DNA of 64,000 bases from a virus (lineage: Duplodnaviria; Caudoviricetes). Position numbers and translations under genes: made by a program. Positions 1-9,007 of the stretch are shown piece after piece; within the stretch, counting starts at the first letter, position 1; every line of letters starts with the position of its first letter. The notes below the pieces were generated by a model. That model was not told the DNA's origin and ran no database searches. It saw only the letters and a program-made list of their open reading frames with translations. The stretch spans positions 1 to 64,000 of IMG/VR virus record IMGVR_UViG_3300025084_000012; one strand, given 5' to 3'.

Positions 1-50
1 GGCTTTTTGGCCTTGTTACGCACGCCAGCCCAGTCGCTCGCTTCGCTCGG

Positions 51-88
51 AGACGGCTAAGCGCCGTCTTGCCCCGCCTTCGGCGGGG
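51..88. other. Two adjacent GC-rich hairpins in the largely non-coding left end
   Basis: AGACGGC(51-57)/GCCGTCT(63-69) and CCCCGCC-TTC-GGCGGGG (72-88). Confidence 0.6.
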
Positions 89-499
89 GATGCGATACCC
101 CTGTCGTTCCATCCTATCCATACGGGTGGTAACTCCCGTGACCTCTCATTCATTTTCAATACGTCTCGACTACGAGAGAGGCGCACTCCCTAATCCTCCT
201 GATATATACCTCGCACCCACCATTCGGTTGCCCTGATTCAGCCATGCTTTTTGACTCGCCCCTATAGTATACGCATAAGACGTGTGATTTGCATAGACAT
301 CTAACGTGTAGACACGGTAGAGAAAGTGTAGTCTGTTGTATTGGTTGTCCGTTGTATTATACATACATTATACAATACAATATGAGAATATATCTTAGTC
401 TAAACAAGACACAAGACAAGTCGGACAAGTCAGACTCCTTGCCTACGCCTTTGGTCAATTGACCAATCACCTTAACACTGCCTCGCAGTAGCATGGTTT

Positions 500-793
500 A
501 TGAGTAACACAACAGACGAATGCGAGATGAATAAAGATGAGGCGTACAAGATTGTAGAAGCGTATGCCAGTGAAGAACAGACAGAGTTAGCGAAGGCGAT
601 TCATTCAGTCTTACTCAATGCATGGATGGACTACACATATCTTGAAGGCTTACTCGTAAACTTCTGTAGGTGTGGGTGTGCGGCTAATGGATTGTGGGAT
701 GAAGGCACAGAACTACACCATCATGTAGAGGCAAACAAACTACACTACAACGATGAGCATACCATCGAGTGTAAGTTCTGTAACCTTGAGTAA
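500..793 (+). CDS. Hypothetical protein with Cys/His motifs
   Basis: 97-aa ORF; CRCGC and CKFC motifs. Confidence 0.65.
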   Translation: MSNTTDECEMNKDEAYKIVEAYASEEQTELAKAIHSVLLNAWMDYTYLEGLLVNFCRCGCAANGLWDEGTELHHHVEANKLHYNDEHTIECKFCNLE

Positions 794-856
794 GTGAAGA
801 CTTACATGTAGTACGCAAGTGCGTTAGTCTTGAAACTAATCAGCCAACTGACTTTG

Positions 857-875
857 GTTGATATATAAAGCAACA
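857..875 (+). promoter_or_regulatory. Conserved 19-bp TATA element, copy 1 (C variant)
   Basis: GTTGATATATAAAGCAACA; ATG at 891. Confidence 0.85.
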
Positions 876-890
876 CTTCCAAACCATCCT

Positions 891-1253
891 ATGGAAACCG
901 AAAATGTAACCATTGAGAATGATGAAGAGATGATGTGTTGTTTAGGGTGTGGCGAGCCTCACCCTTCTCCTACTGGTTGGGTTGATGTGATTGACACTGA
1001 GACAATGACTGCTCAAGTGGTGTGTCACATGTCATGCTTCGATGAAGAAGACGAGATGATTCTCATACCTTCAAGTGCTGTGTATGTTGATGAAGTGATT
1101 GAGATACCTGAGTGGGCGTTCACAAAGCCTGAGCCTCAGCCAGTCTCTGTTGATGACTGTGCTCCAGTGGTTCAGATAAGAGCCGAGTGGGATGCAGTGA
1201 CTGACGTACTCATGTATGAGTTCAACGATGGTGACGAAGGAGTTGATGCTTGA
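891..1253 (+). CDS. Acidic Cys-containing hypothetical protein (start revised from 858)
   Basis: ORF-track TTG lies inside the promoter element; CLGC and CHMSC motifs. Confidence 0.7.
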   Translation: METENVTIENDEEMMCCLGCGEPHPSPTGWVDVIDTETMTAQVVCHMSCFDEEDEMILIPSSAVYVDEVIEIPEWAFTKPEPQPVSVDDCAPVVQIRAEWDAVTDVLMYEFNDGDEGVDA

Positions 1254-1624
1254 TGTCGAGACTGAGTATCTTTTCCGATGGTCACGATGGCTACTGTGTC
1301 ACCAGTGAACTGGATGGCAAGGAGTTCATTCTCTCACAAGCCATGCAAGATGGTACTACTGGTGTCGGTGTTGCGGTGCGTAAGATAGCACATGAGATTC
1401 GTACCATACCTACCATCGGTATCAGGTTCAGTATGCTGTTGCGTGGTATGGAACTTGAGCAACAAGGCATTCGTCTGACGAACAAGCAACCAGCCGCCTC
1501 AGCAATTGTCAAGAGAGAGTACGGTGTTAGTAAAGGCATGAGCAAGGCCAAGACTGGCATGGCTATGATGCTCTTAATCCAACTGGCTTACATGCTCATA
1601 GAACAAGAGGACTCGGAAGAGTGA
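1253..1624 (+). CDS. Hypothetical protein
   Basis: TGATG coupling to upstream gene. Confidence 0.7.
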   Translation: MSRLSIFSDGHDGYCVTSELDGKEFILSQAMQDGTTGVGVAVRKIAHEIRTIPTIGIRFSMLLRGMELEQQGIRLTNKQPAASAIVKREYGVSKGMSKAKTGMAMMLLIQLAYMLIEQEDSEE

Positions 1625-1626
1625 GG

Positions 1627-1645
1627 GTTGATATATAAAGGAACA
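1627..1645 (+). promoter_or_regulatory. 19-bp TATA element, copy 2 (G variant)
   Basis: GTTGATATATAAAGGAACA. Confidence 0.85.
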
Positions 1646-1666
1646 TAATAGATGAAGGTGAATACA

Positions 1667-4273
1667 ATGGTAAACAAAAGCAAGAAGTTAGTAACGAAAT
1701 CAGTGATGAGTGAACTCATCAAACAGTTCAATGCAGTTCACGTAGATGGTGAGTTGGATAACATCGGTCCGAACGCAGGTGATGCTCCGTTCTTCAAGGA
1801 GATGTCGTGGTTCTTACAGAACGACAAGGACATACCTGAGACTATGTATCAAGAAGCATCGGAGCGCTTCTACAAATACAGTCGGACACAAATCCCTCAC
1901 CTCATGGAGATGTGTGGCATCCCTCCTCATGTTGATGTTCAGTCCTTCCTCAAGGACATGAGCGAGACTGGTGTGAAGGCGAAGGCCAAGTCAGCATACC
2001 AATCCAAGTTGGCCTCTCGTCTTCACAAGTTCTTCAAGGACTCAGGCGAGAAGCCATCCAACCTTGCCTATGCTTTGACCTTCGATGAAGAGGTCAGGAA
2101 CATGGTCATGGAATACAATTTGAAGTTCGCTGAGCCTGACATTGATATGAATGAAGAACTCAAACAGTTGTACGAGGAGACACTTGCTTCCTTCATCGTT
2201 GGTGAAGAACAAGTACGTGCTTACAAGACAGTCAAGGCTGAGGTCTACGAAGATGTATGGTATGGCAAGAACGATAGACAGCGACGTTGGCCGAAGAAGT
2301 CTCGTCGTGTCTCACTTAGATTCCCTCGCCACGCCGCCGTCAAGGATGAACTCAAGTCTTCACTTGGCTTCCCTGCTATCAAATGGAACGGAGAGTTTTG
2401 GTCTATCACATACACAGCGGAACTACTCAACAAGGCTGTGGTTATCTTCGTGAAGCATGGCTTCATCGCTGACCAACTCACTGCCCTTGCTACCAAAGCA
2501 CCAACTCCTGACACCAGCAAGACTGAGACAGATAAGAATGTCTCCGCTACCATTCAGTCTGATGTCCTTGTACTCAAGTGGCCGTGGATTCAGGACACTG
2601 ACCTGCGAGTTAAGGTCTTGAGTATTGTCAAAGGAGTCATGGGTCGTAAGTGGGATGCAAGGAACAAGGCATGGCGAGTACCACTATCTCAAGGAGCATT
2701 CCTCAAGGGTAGACTCGATGGTATCTATCAACCACTTGCCGATGCTATCTCTTCAGTCAGTGGTATGGACAAGGTGCTTGAGTCTCAGGCTGAACGTATT
2801 GCTTTGTCCAGTGCCGCATCACTGCATGACGATGATAAGATTGAGGACATGCGTGTTCGTTTAGCCGAGCAATTTCCTGAAGGTCGTGAGTTGTACCCAT
2901 TCCAGTACGTTGGTGTTCGCTTTGTCGAACTGGCTGGTGGTCGTGCTTTGATTGGTGATGACATGGGTGTGGGTAAGACTATCCAAGCCTTGTCTTATGC
3001 CGCACTCCATCCTGAGAATCATCCAGTCCTCGTTGTTGCACCAGCCAATGTCAAGTATAACTGGGTCAAGGAGTTCACTACATGGCTACCCAACCTCACT
3101 GTTGAGGCAGTGAAGAATGGTAAGTCGGACATACCTGACACTGATGTTGTCGTCATCAACTATGACCTCATGAAGAAGCAACAACTTGCGCTTGAAGATG
3201 CTGGGTTCAACATCGTCATCTTCGATGAGTCACACTACCTCAAGAACAGTAAGGCTCAGCGTACTCAAGCCTCACTTGCTTTAGCCAACACAAGCAAGGA
3301 CATCATCTGTTTGTCAGGCACTGCCATCACTAACAGACCCATTGAGTTCTTCACTACACTGAACCTGCTTCGACCTGTTGAGTTCGGTAACTTCTTTGCA
3401 TACGGGAAACAATACTGTGATGCTCACCACACTGGTTACGGTTGGGACTTCAAAGGTTCATCCAACGAGGCTGAGTTGCATGAGCGAACCAAGACCTTCA
3501 CCATTCGTCGGCTCAAGAAGGAGGTCATGGATGAGTTACCTGACAAGATTCGTCAGGTCGTTGATGTCGTACCTACTCCGAAGGAGATGAAGACCTACAA
3601 GAATGCTCAAGCCTCATGGTTGAATGAATATCACATGCATAAAACCGCTGGTCATATCCCTGCTGGCTTTGTCTTGAACATGCTCACTGAACTACGACAC
3701 CACTGTGGTGTACTCAAGATTACTGCTACTGCTAACTGGGTTCGTGAGTATCGTGAGGTCACTGGTAAGCCTACCATTATCTTTGCACATCACAAGGATG
3801 TAGTAGATGGGTTGGTTGATGAACTCAAGGGTGAGTTTAGACTCGGACTCATCACTGGTTCAGTTGCCGCTGAGAAGAGGCAAGAGAGAGTCGATGCTTT
3901 CCAGCGTGGTGACATTGATGTTATGATTTGTTCTACTGTCGCAGCGAAGGAGGGCTTGACCCTGACTCGTGCTGACACTGTGGTATTCATTGAGCGTGAG
4001 TGGTCACCTGCATGGGAGGAGCAAGCCGAAGACCGTGTGAATCGTATCGGTCAAGACGCTGAGACTGTTCACGCTGTCTACCTCTCAGTCAAGGGAACCA
4101 TTGATGAGAAGTTCAATGCAGTTGTCGAAGAGAAGCGTGCTGTCATTCAGTCCATCCTTGATGGCGGAGATGCAGTGGAGCGAAAGGGTATTGCTAAGGC
4201 ACTGCTACAATCAATGGTGGATGCTGGTGACATACCTGCTGACATGCTACGAGACTTGGGGGTGAAGGCTTGA
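1667..4273 (+). CDS. SNF2-family helicase/translocase, SMARCAL1/HARP-like
   Basis: GDDMGVGKT (Walker A), DESH, LSGT, QAEDRVNRIGQ; start moved to the ATG after an AAGGTGA SD. Confidence 0.92.
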   Translation: MVNKSKKLVTKSVMSELIKQFNAVHVDGELDNIGPNAGDAPFFKEMSWFLQNDKDIPETMYQEASERFYKYSRTQIPHLMEMCGIPPHVDVQSFLKDMSETGVKAKAKSAYQSKLASRLHKFFKDSGEKPSNLAYALTFDEEVRNMVMEYNLKFAEPDIDMNEELKQLYEETLASFIVGEEQVRAYKTVKAEVYEDVWYGKNDRQRRWPKKSRRVSLRFPRHAAVKDELKSSLGFPAIKWNGEFWSITYTAELLNKAVVIFVKHGFIADQLTALATKAPTPDTSKTETDKNVSATIQSDVLVLKWPWIQDTDLRVKVLSIVKGVMGRKWDARNKAWRVPLSQGAFLKGRLDGIYQPLADAISSVSGMDKVLESQAERIALSSAASLHDDDKIEDMRVRLAEQFPEGRELYPFQYVGVRFVELAGGRALIGDDMGVGKTIQALSYAALHPENHPVLVVAPANVKYNWVKEFTTWLPNLTVEAVKNGKSDIPDTDVVVINYDLMKKQQLALEDAGFNIVIFDESHYLKNSKAQRTQASLALANTSKDIICLSGTAITNRPIEFFTTLNLLRPVEFGNFFAYGKQYCDAHHTGYGWDFKGSSNEAELHERTKTFTIRRLKKEVMDELPDKIRQVVDVVPTPKEMKTYKNAQASWLNEYHMHKTAGHIPAGFVLNMLTELRHHCGVLKITATANWVREYREVTGKPTIIFAHHKDVVDGLVDELKGEFRLGLITGSVAAEKRQERVDAFQRGDIDVMICSTVAAKEGLTLTRADTVVFIEREWSPAWEEQAEDRVNRIGQDAETVHAVYLSVKGTIDEKFNAVVEEKRAVIQSILDGGDAVERKGIAKALLQSMVDAGDIPADMLRDLGVKA

Positions 4274-4377
4274 TGCATTACTTCGGTGCTTGCCCTGCAT
4301 GTGACATGCCTTGTTCTTATACTCTCAAGAATAATACTTGGGTGTGCAACTGTGACTGCGAGGAGGTGAGGGTTTGA
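4273..4377 (+). CDS. 34-aa Cys-rich microprotein (not in ORF track)
   Basis: MHYFGACPACDMPCSYTLKNNTWVCNCDCEEVRV; TGATG coupling. Confidence 0.55.
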   Translation: MHYFGACPACDMPCSYTLKNNTWVCNCDCEEVRV

Positions 4378-4385
4378 GATTCACA

Positions 4386-4502
4386 ATGAACTCATGTCAC
4401 CAACGAGGATGTGACAAGCCTACACCTGCTGGGTTTAGACGTTGCGCTGAATGCATGAGAGGTAACACGCCTCAAGCACAGAAGAAACAAGAAGAAGAAT
4501 GA
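4386..4502 (+). CDS. 38-aa Zn-finger-like microprotein (not in ORF track)
   Basis: MNSCHQRGCDKPTPAGFRRCAECMRGNTPQAQKKQEEE; GAGGTGA upstream. Confidence 0.55.
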   Translation: MNSCHQRGCDKPTPAGFRRCAECMRGNTPQAQKKQEEE

Positions 4503-4503
4503 A

Positions 4504-4522
4504 GTTGATATATAAAGCAACA
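4504..4522 (+). promoter_or_regulatory. 19-bp TATA element, copy 3 (C variant)
   Basis: GTTGATATATAAAGCAACA followed by GTAAGAA. Confidence 0.85.
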
Positions 4523-4551
4523 GTAAGAAAACACACAAGAGGAATGATACT

Positions 4552-4758
4552 ATGACGACGAATGAAGAAGATAAGAATACATATGTGGTGCGTCACTACT
4601 TTAGCAAGTTCATTGATGTTGAAGTGACTGCTACAAGTCTTGAAGAAGCATTAGAGAAAGCAGAGATACCTACAATCGAATGGTTCAACGAGAACGATAC
4701 TGCATTCGTTGAATCAGACGCTGAGTTAATTGATACGACAGGAGAGGAAGAAGAATGA
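4552..4758 (+). CDS. Small acidic hypothetical protein
   Basis: Follows promoter copy 3; typical viral VEVTATSLEEALEKA motif. Confidence 0.7.
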   Translation: MTTNEEDKNTYVVRHYFSKFIDVEVTATSLEEALEKAEIPTIEWFNENDTAFVESDAELIDTTGEEEE

Positions 4759-5114
4759 GAAAGATGAGAATAAGAAAGATAAGTATTGATGCATCAGATG
4801 CACTGATGAATCGTAGAAACTTCGAGCGAAGCAACACAAGAGTAACAGTAGACCCTTCGGGGGCTGCATATTTACAACTCTTTGGAAACACCATCGCTGA
4901 ACACAGCAACGATGGTACACTATCCATCAGTGATGGTGACCATCAATCAGTTACAACCAAAGACAGACTCAACGCACTACCCCATGTAAGTATTTACCAA
5001 CGTGACTATATATGGTATCTCAATGATGTGCAGTGGAATGGTGAATGGATTGCTGTTCGTGACCCTGCACTTACTACTCCACAAGATGATACTGTAGAGG
5101 AGGAGATACTGTGA
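4755..5114 (+). CDS. Hypothetical phage early protein
   Basis: ATGA overlap; LQLFGNTIAE and TTKDRLNAL resemble a common phage early-gene family. Confidence 0.7.
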   Translation: MRKMRIRKISIDASDALMNRRNFERSNTRVTVDPSGAAYLQLFGNTIAEHSNDGTLSISDGDHQSVTTKDRLNALPHVSIYQRDYIWYLNDVQWNGEWIAVRDPALTTPQDDTVEEEIL

Positions 5115-5338
5115 GCGAGATAAACTTCATTGATGCATTGGAATGTGTTATCAATACACTTGAGCGTGGTCTTGAGATGAACTCACAAGCAGGTGCGCCA
5201 AGTGTTATCATTGATACTTTGGCTGATGCTCGCAACCATGCCTATGCTATCGACAAGTTGCTCAATGACGACACAGATATTATCGTTGGACTGGATGACA
5301 CTCCACTCACTACCAATCATACGGAGGAATTAGAATGA
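5111..5338 (+). CDS. Hypothetical protein
   Basis: GTGA overlap, GGAG SD. Confidence 0.65.
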   Translation: MSEINFIDALECVINTLERGLEMNSQAGAPSVIIDTLADARNHAYAIDKLLNDDTDIIVGLDDTPLTTNHTEELE

Positions 5339-5691
5339 CTGAAGACAATACATGGGGAGCAGACGAAGAGAACATCATCGCTGGAGTCAAGGCACACATG
5401 ACTTGGTTCAACGAGAACACTGATGCTATTGTGAAGGCCGACCAACAAAGAATACAAGACCTACATGATGTTGGCTTTACGAACTCAGCACACGCTCAGT
5501 TAATAGACATCCTCAACGATGTCACAGAGGCTCAACGAACAGTTGAACGCTATCAGGAGTTGGGTGAAGACAAAGAGGGTAATGTAAGTGGACACTTACG
5601 CCATGCAGTATTCTGCCACATCAATAACTTCCGTGTCAGAGTTGGTCATCGACTGGGTATGAAAGAAGTATTCAATGTGAGGAAGTGGTGA
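5335..5691 (+). CDS. Hypothetical protein
   Basis: ATGA overlap. Confidence 0.65.
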   Translation: MTEDNTWGADEENIIAGVKAHMTWFNENTDAIVKADQQRIQDLHDVGFTNSAHAQLIDILNDVTEAQRTVERYQELGEDKEGNVSGHLRHAVFCHINNFRVRVGHRLGMKEVFNVRKW

Positions 5692-5692
5692 C

Positions 5693-5848
5693 ATGACTGA
5701 CGAACCAAAGAACACAGCATACAAATGCCCCAACTGCGAACATCAATGTAGTAAAGGATTCTTGGATGCTGAATACACACACTCTCCATGTGGTTATCCG
5801 TGTAACACTGCGGGTTCACAATACACAAGAGTGGGGTTGGTAAAATGA
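5693..5848 (+). CDS. 51-aa Cys-rich microprotein (not in ORF track)
   Basis: MTDEPKNTAYKCPNCEHQC...; fills the gap between coupled genes. Confidence 0.6.
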   Translation: MTDEPKNTAYKCPNCEHQCSKGFLDAEYTHSPCGYPCNTAGSQYTRVGLVK

Positions 5849-6093
5849 CATACAGAATTACAGTCGGGCAGAACCAATGGCTCATCGCTGAGTATCTCGG
5901 TAAGACAGGTAGGCAATCACTTTGGCAGGTGACTGAATCTCACAGGCTACCTCAAATTAAAGCAGGTGATATGCTACGTCAAGACAACAAAGGAATGTTC
6001 GTTGCTTACTCAAGCGTCGATGCAACAAGACCAAACTATCGTCTACCATCTCACACTCAGTACACCAAAGATAACTATGTCGAGGAGGAGTGA
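5845..6093 (+). CDS. Hypothetical protein
   Basis: ATGA overlap. Confidence 0.65.
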   Translation: MTYRITVGQNQWLIAEYLGKTGRQSLWQVTESHRLPQIKAGDMLRQDNKGMFVAYSSVDATRPNYRLPSHTQYTKDNYVEEE

Positions 6094-6121
6094 CTCCCAT
6101 GCAGTCTATAGTATTTCACGA

Positions 6122-6140
6122 GTTGATATATAAAGCAACA
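6122..6140 (+). promoter_or_regulatory. 19-bp TATA element, copy 4 (C variant)
   Basis: GTTGATATATAAAGCAACA. Confidence 0.85.
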
Positions 6141-6157
6141 TTAAGAATGGTGATAGC

Positions 6158-6559
6158 ATGATTGACAACCCTGATGGAACAAAGAGCCTCGTGCTCTTGA
6201 AGATGATACAAGAGCGTAGACCTACATCAACAGCAACGTGGAGAGAAAACGACACAAAGTTAAGAGTCTTTGACAACTTCTTAGATGCAAGAAAGTTCGT
6301 TTACGAATGGCTCAACAGGATGATGGAGTCCGCACACAGAAGTCCTCGTATCAATATAGAGTGGACACATCACTTGGAGAGAACCTACTCTGAGTCAGCA
6401 CTCCATCCTGAACGAGTGATGCCTACAATCACAGTCGAGTGGAGTCGTACTACAGACCGCAAACCGTACAAACGCTATGTCATTGGTGACATGAGTGTTG
6501 GCACAATTAGTTACTCACCTGCACAGAAAGAAGAGAATGAAAACCAATCAACTGAATGA
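6158..6559 (+). CDS. Hypothetical protein
   Basis: Single gene between promoter copies 4 and 5. Confidence 0.7.
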   Translation: MIDNPDGTKSLVLLKMIQERRPTSTATWRENDTKLRVFDNFLDARKFVYEWLNRMMESAHRSPRINIEWTHHLERTYSESALHPERVMPTITVEWSRTTDRKPYKRYVIGDMSVGTISYSPAQKEENENQSTE

Positions 6560-6560
6560 T

Positions 6561-6579
6561 GTTGATATATAAAGCAACA
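6561..6579 (+). promoter_or_regulatory. 19-bp TATA element, copy 5 (C variant)
   Basis: GTTGATATATAAAGCAACA followed by GTAAGAA. Confidence 0.85.
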
Positions 6580-6616
6580 GTAAGAATACAGAATACAAAC
6601 CAAGAGGAATGATACT

Positions 6617-9007
6617 ATGACGGAGAACCTAACATTAGAACAACTGAACAGTAGCGATAGGCTGAAGGCCATGAAGTCACAGAAGGCAAAGGCTCTGTTC
6701 ACTCATCGCTCAGCACATACTAACTACGCCATCCCTAAAGACTGGCGACCACTTGACATGGTGGCTATCCATCTGACTGACACACCACTTCACTTGGTAT
6801 CAGCAGGTACAATCATTGGCTACCCATGCTTCTTGAGAACTTGCCCTGAGTCTCCTCGTCATGGTGTGATTGAATCCATTCGTTGTGATGACGAACTCTC
6901 CCTCGTCTCTAACTTTGGTCGTCTTGTTAGCATCATGAAGAGTGAAGACCCTGATGGTTGTATGCTTCTCATGCCATTCATTGATGCATCCTCATCCTCT
7001 GTCATGGCTCTGTCTCATCCTGAAGTAGATGATACTGGCAAGACCATCATGACTACCAATGACAAGGGGCTTGAAGTCCCAGTCATGTTTCAAGGCTACA
7101 ACATCATGGGAGTAGGACACGATGGTGTCACTGCTGGTCATGGCTTCAACCTCGCTTTCCCTCTACGAGTTGATGAGTTCGACAAGGACAACATGATTAT
7201 GAACGCACTGTCTTATGCTCCTACTCACCACGAACTTGAGTTCGTCTTCAACCTCGCTGAGTCCAACCGCAATCGTGGTGTCATGGACTTACCCTCTGTG
7301 CATCACTCTCTCACACAGATTCGTGGTGCTCCTTCTCACACTCCAGTCATGCCTCCACCTGAAGGTGTTGATACTATCGGTATGGTTCCGCAAGGTGAGG
7401 TAGTCATCCAAGACTTCATCATCATGAGTGGGCTTGAAGAAGTCGCATGGCTTGAAGAGAACATCACCAAGGAGAAGTGTCCTGAAGGTTACATGGTTGT
7501 AGAACCTGCTGGTAATCGTCTCTCTCACATCTATGCTCACTGTCGTGGTGTCGGTGTCCCCTATGCTATCACTCCCTCTGTCTCTGTAGGTGACCGCTGG
7601 GTTGAGGCGTCTGCTGGTTGGGTTGTCCTCGACAACGATGGTAACTTTGAGCCTAAGCCCTATGCACCTCATGCTTACCTTGCTGACTTCTCTCGTGGAC
7701 TCAAGGATGGTAACCTCTACTGGCGTAAGCAACAAGGTTGGTTCTCAACCTTCTTCCACCAGTGGGTCAGTCTACCTATGAGCAAGCCACAAGATGTAGC
7801 ATACCTTGCTGGTATGTTCTGTGCTTGGTTACCTAAAGCCATGCTCGCTCTTGGTCTTGGTGAGATGCGCCATGCTCGTGGACTCAAGACCAATGCTAAT
7901 GCTGAGTTGTTCGCTACCATGACGGCCTGTATTGGTTCAGATGTGTGGAAGAAATTGAACAACACACCACACCTTGATACTACTCGTGGTCACTACTATG
8001 CGGCCATCGGTCATCTTGAACTCGACTGGGGTGACTCGGCTAAGATGCTTCGCTTCCTGAACAAGCACTACCGCAAAGGATGGTCTTCATCCTACGGTGG
8101 TGTCAAGTGGGGAGACTCTATGTTGATGGGTGCTGAAGTATGTGATGCTCTACAAGCATTCACTGCTGATGCTAATGAAGCAACATTGGGTGAACTCATC
8201 ACAGTCGTGAACAAAGCGGAGAACGCCGTTCACAACAACGGTTCACTGTTCAACAAGTGGCTAAGCAAGTATGCCTTTGATGCTGGTACTGCTGGCTTCA
8301 ACCCACGTCGAGACATGGATGCTATGGCCTCCGTCTTTGAGATGGCTCGTGAGTTCCTTGATGATGACCTCGCTAATGTTCGTGCTGAATTTGAAGTAGC
8401 CTCTCCACCTGAGAATGATTGGAGTGACATACTTGACTACGTTGAGAAGAAGACTCCAGCCTACTGGCGTAAGACTCCTATGGCTTCAAGCAAGAATGTA
8501 CATACTGCTCTACGAGAAATCATGGCTGTGCTACCTGCCAACTGGAGACACGGTGACAAGGGTAGCCACAACTCTCCACAGAACAAGGACTTCATCATGT
8601 GCGGTGTATCAACTTGTGAGAGTTGTGCGGCACACTTACAGTGGGCGGCTAACAATCCTCAAGAGATTCCAGCCACCCATCTATCTTCACTCAAAGCGTT
8701 GTTCGATGAGCACAGTGCTTCCCTTATGATTGCGACACCACCTGTTGATGTGTGGCTCGTCGGCTCTCAAGGTGAGACTCGGTTGAGTGTGAAGGAGCAG
8801 ATTCTTTCCATCAAGGCCAAAGAGTTCTCCCCTACACCTGAACAGTTCTCTGACTTGTATGAAGCCATTGACACTTCTGACCCTGACTCTCCTGATATGA
8901 TGCAGATACTAAGTAAGTATCTTGCCAAGCAAGGTGATGGTGTGGAACAGTTCCTTGCTGACATGGCTAAGTATCAGGACGAGAACAGTAAGGATGTGAA
9001 AGAATGA
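6617..9007 (+). CDS. PEP-synthase/PPDK-like phosphotransferase: ATP-grasp-like N-terminus, phospho-His swivel domain, unknown C-terminal domain
   Basis: GNRLSHIYAHCRGVGVPYAI matches the PEP-utilizer mobile-domain pattern (GG.TSH.A..AR..G.P); LRTCP, LLMPFIDASSSSV and GVGHDGVTAG resemble ATP-grasp motifs. Confidence 0.65.
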   Translation: MTENLTLEQLNSSDRLKAMKSQKAKALFTHRSAHTNYAIPKDWRPLDMVAIHLTDTPLHLVSAGTIIGYPCFLRTCPESPRHGVIESIRCDDELSLVSNFGRLVSIMKSEDPDGCMLLMPFIDASSSSVMALSHPEVDDTGKTIMTTNDKGLEVPVMFQGYNIMGVGHDGVTAGHGFNLAFPLRVDEFDKDNMIMNALSYAPTHHELEFVFNLAESNRNRGVMDLPSVHHSLTQIRGAPSHTPVMPPPEGVDTIGMVPQGEVVIQDFIIMSGLEEVAWLEENITKEKCPEGYMVVEPAGNRLSHIYAHCRGVGVPYAITPSVSVGDRWVEASAGWVVLDNDGNFEPKPYAPHAYLADFSRGLKDGNLYWRKQQGWFSTFFHQWVSLPMSKPQDVAYLAGMFCAWLPKAMLALGLGEMRHARGLKTNANAELFATMTACIGSDVWKKLNNTPHLDTTRGHYYAAIGHLELDWGDSAKMLRFLNKHYRKGWSSSYGGVKWGDSMLMGAEVCDALQAFTADANEATLGELITVVNKAENAVHNNGSLFNKWLSKYAFDAGTAGFNPRRDMDAMASVFEMAREFLDDDLANVRAEFEVASPPENDWSDILDYVEKKTPAYWRKTPMASSKNVHTALREIMAVLPANWRHGDKGSHNSPQNKDFIMCGVSTCESCAAHLQWAANNPQEIPATHLSSLKALFDEHSASLMIATPPVDVWLVGSQGETRLSVKEQILSIKAKEFSPTPEQFSDLYEAIDTSDPDSPDMMQILSKYLAKQGDGVEQFLADMAKYQDENSKDVKE

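Noticed and set aside
170-364. Minus-strand 64-aa ORF
   Set aside because: Isolated, opposite to block polarity, with no SD or motif
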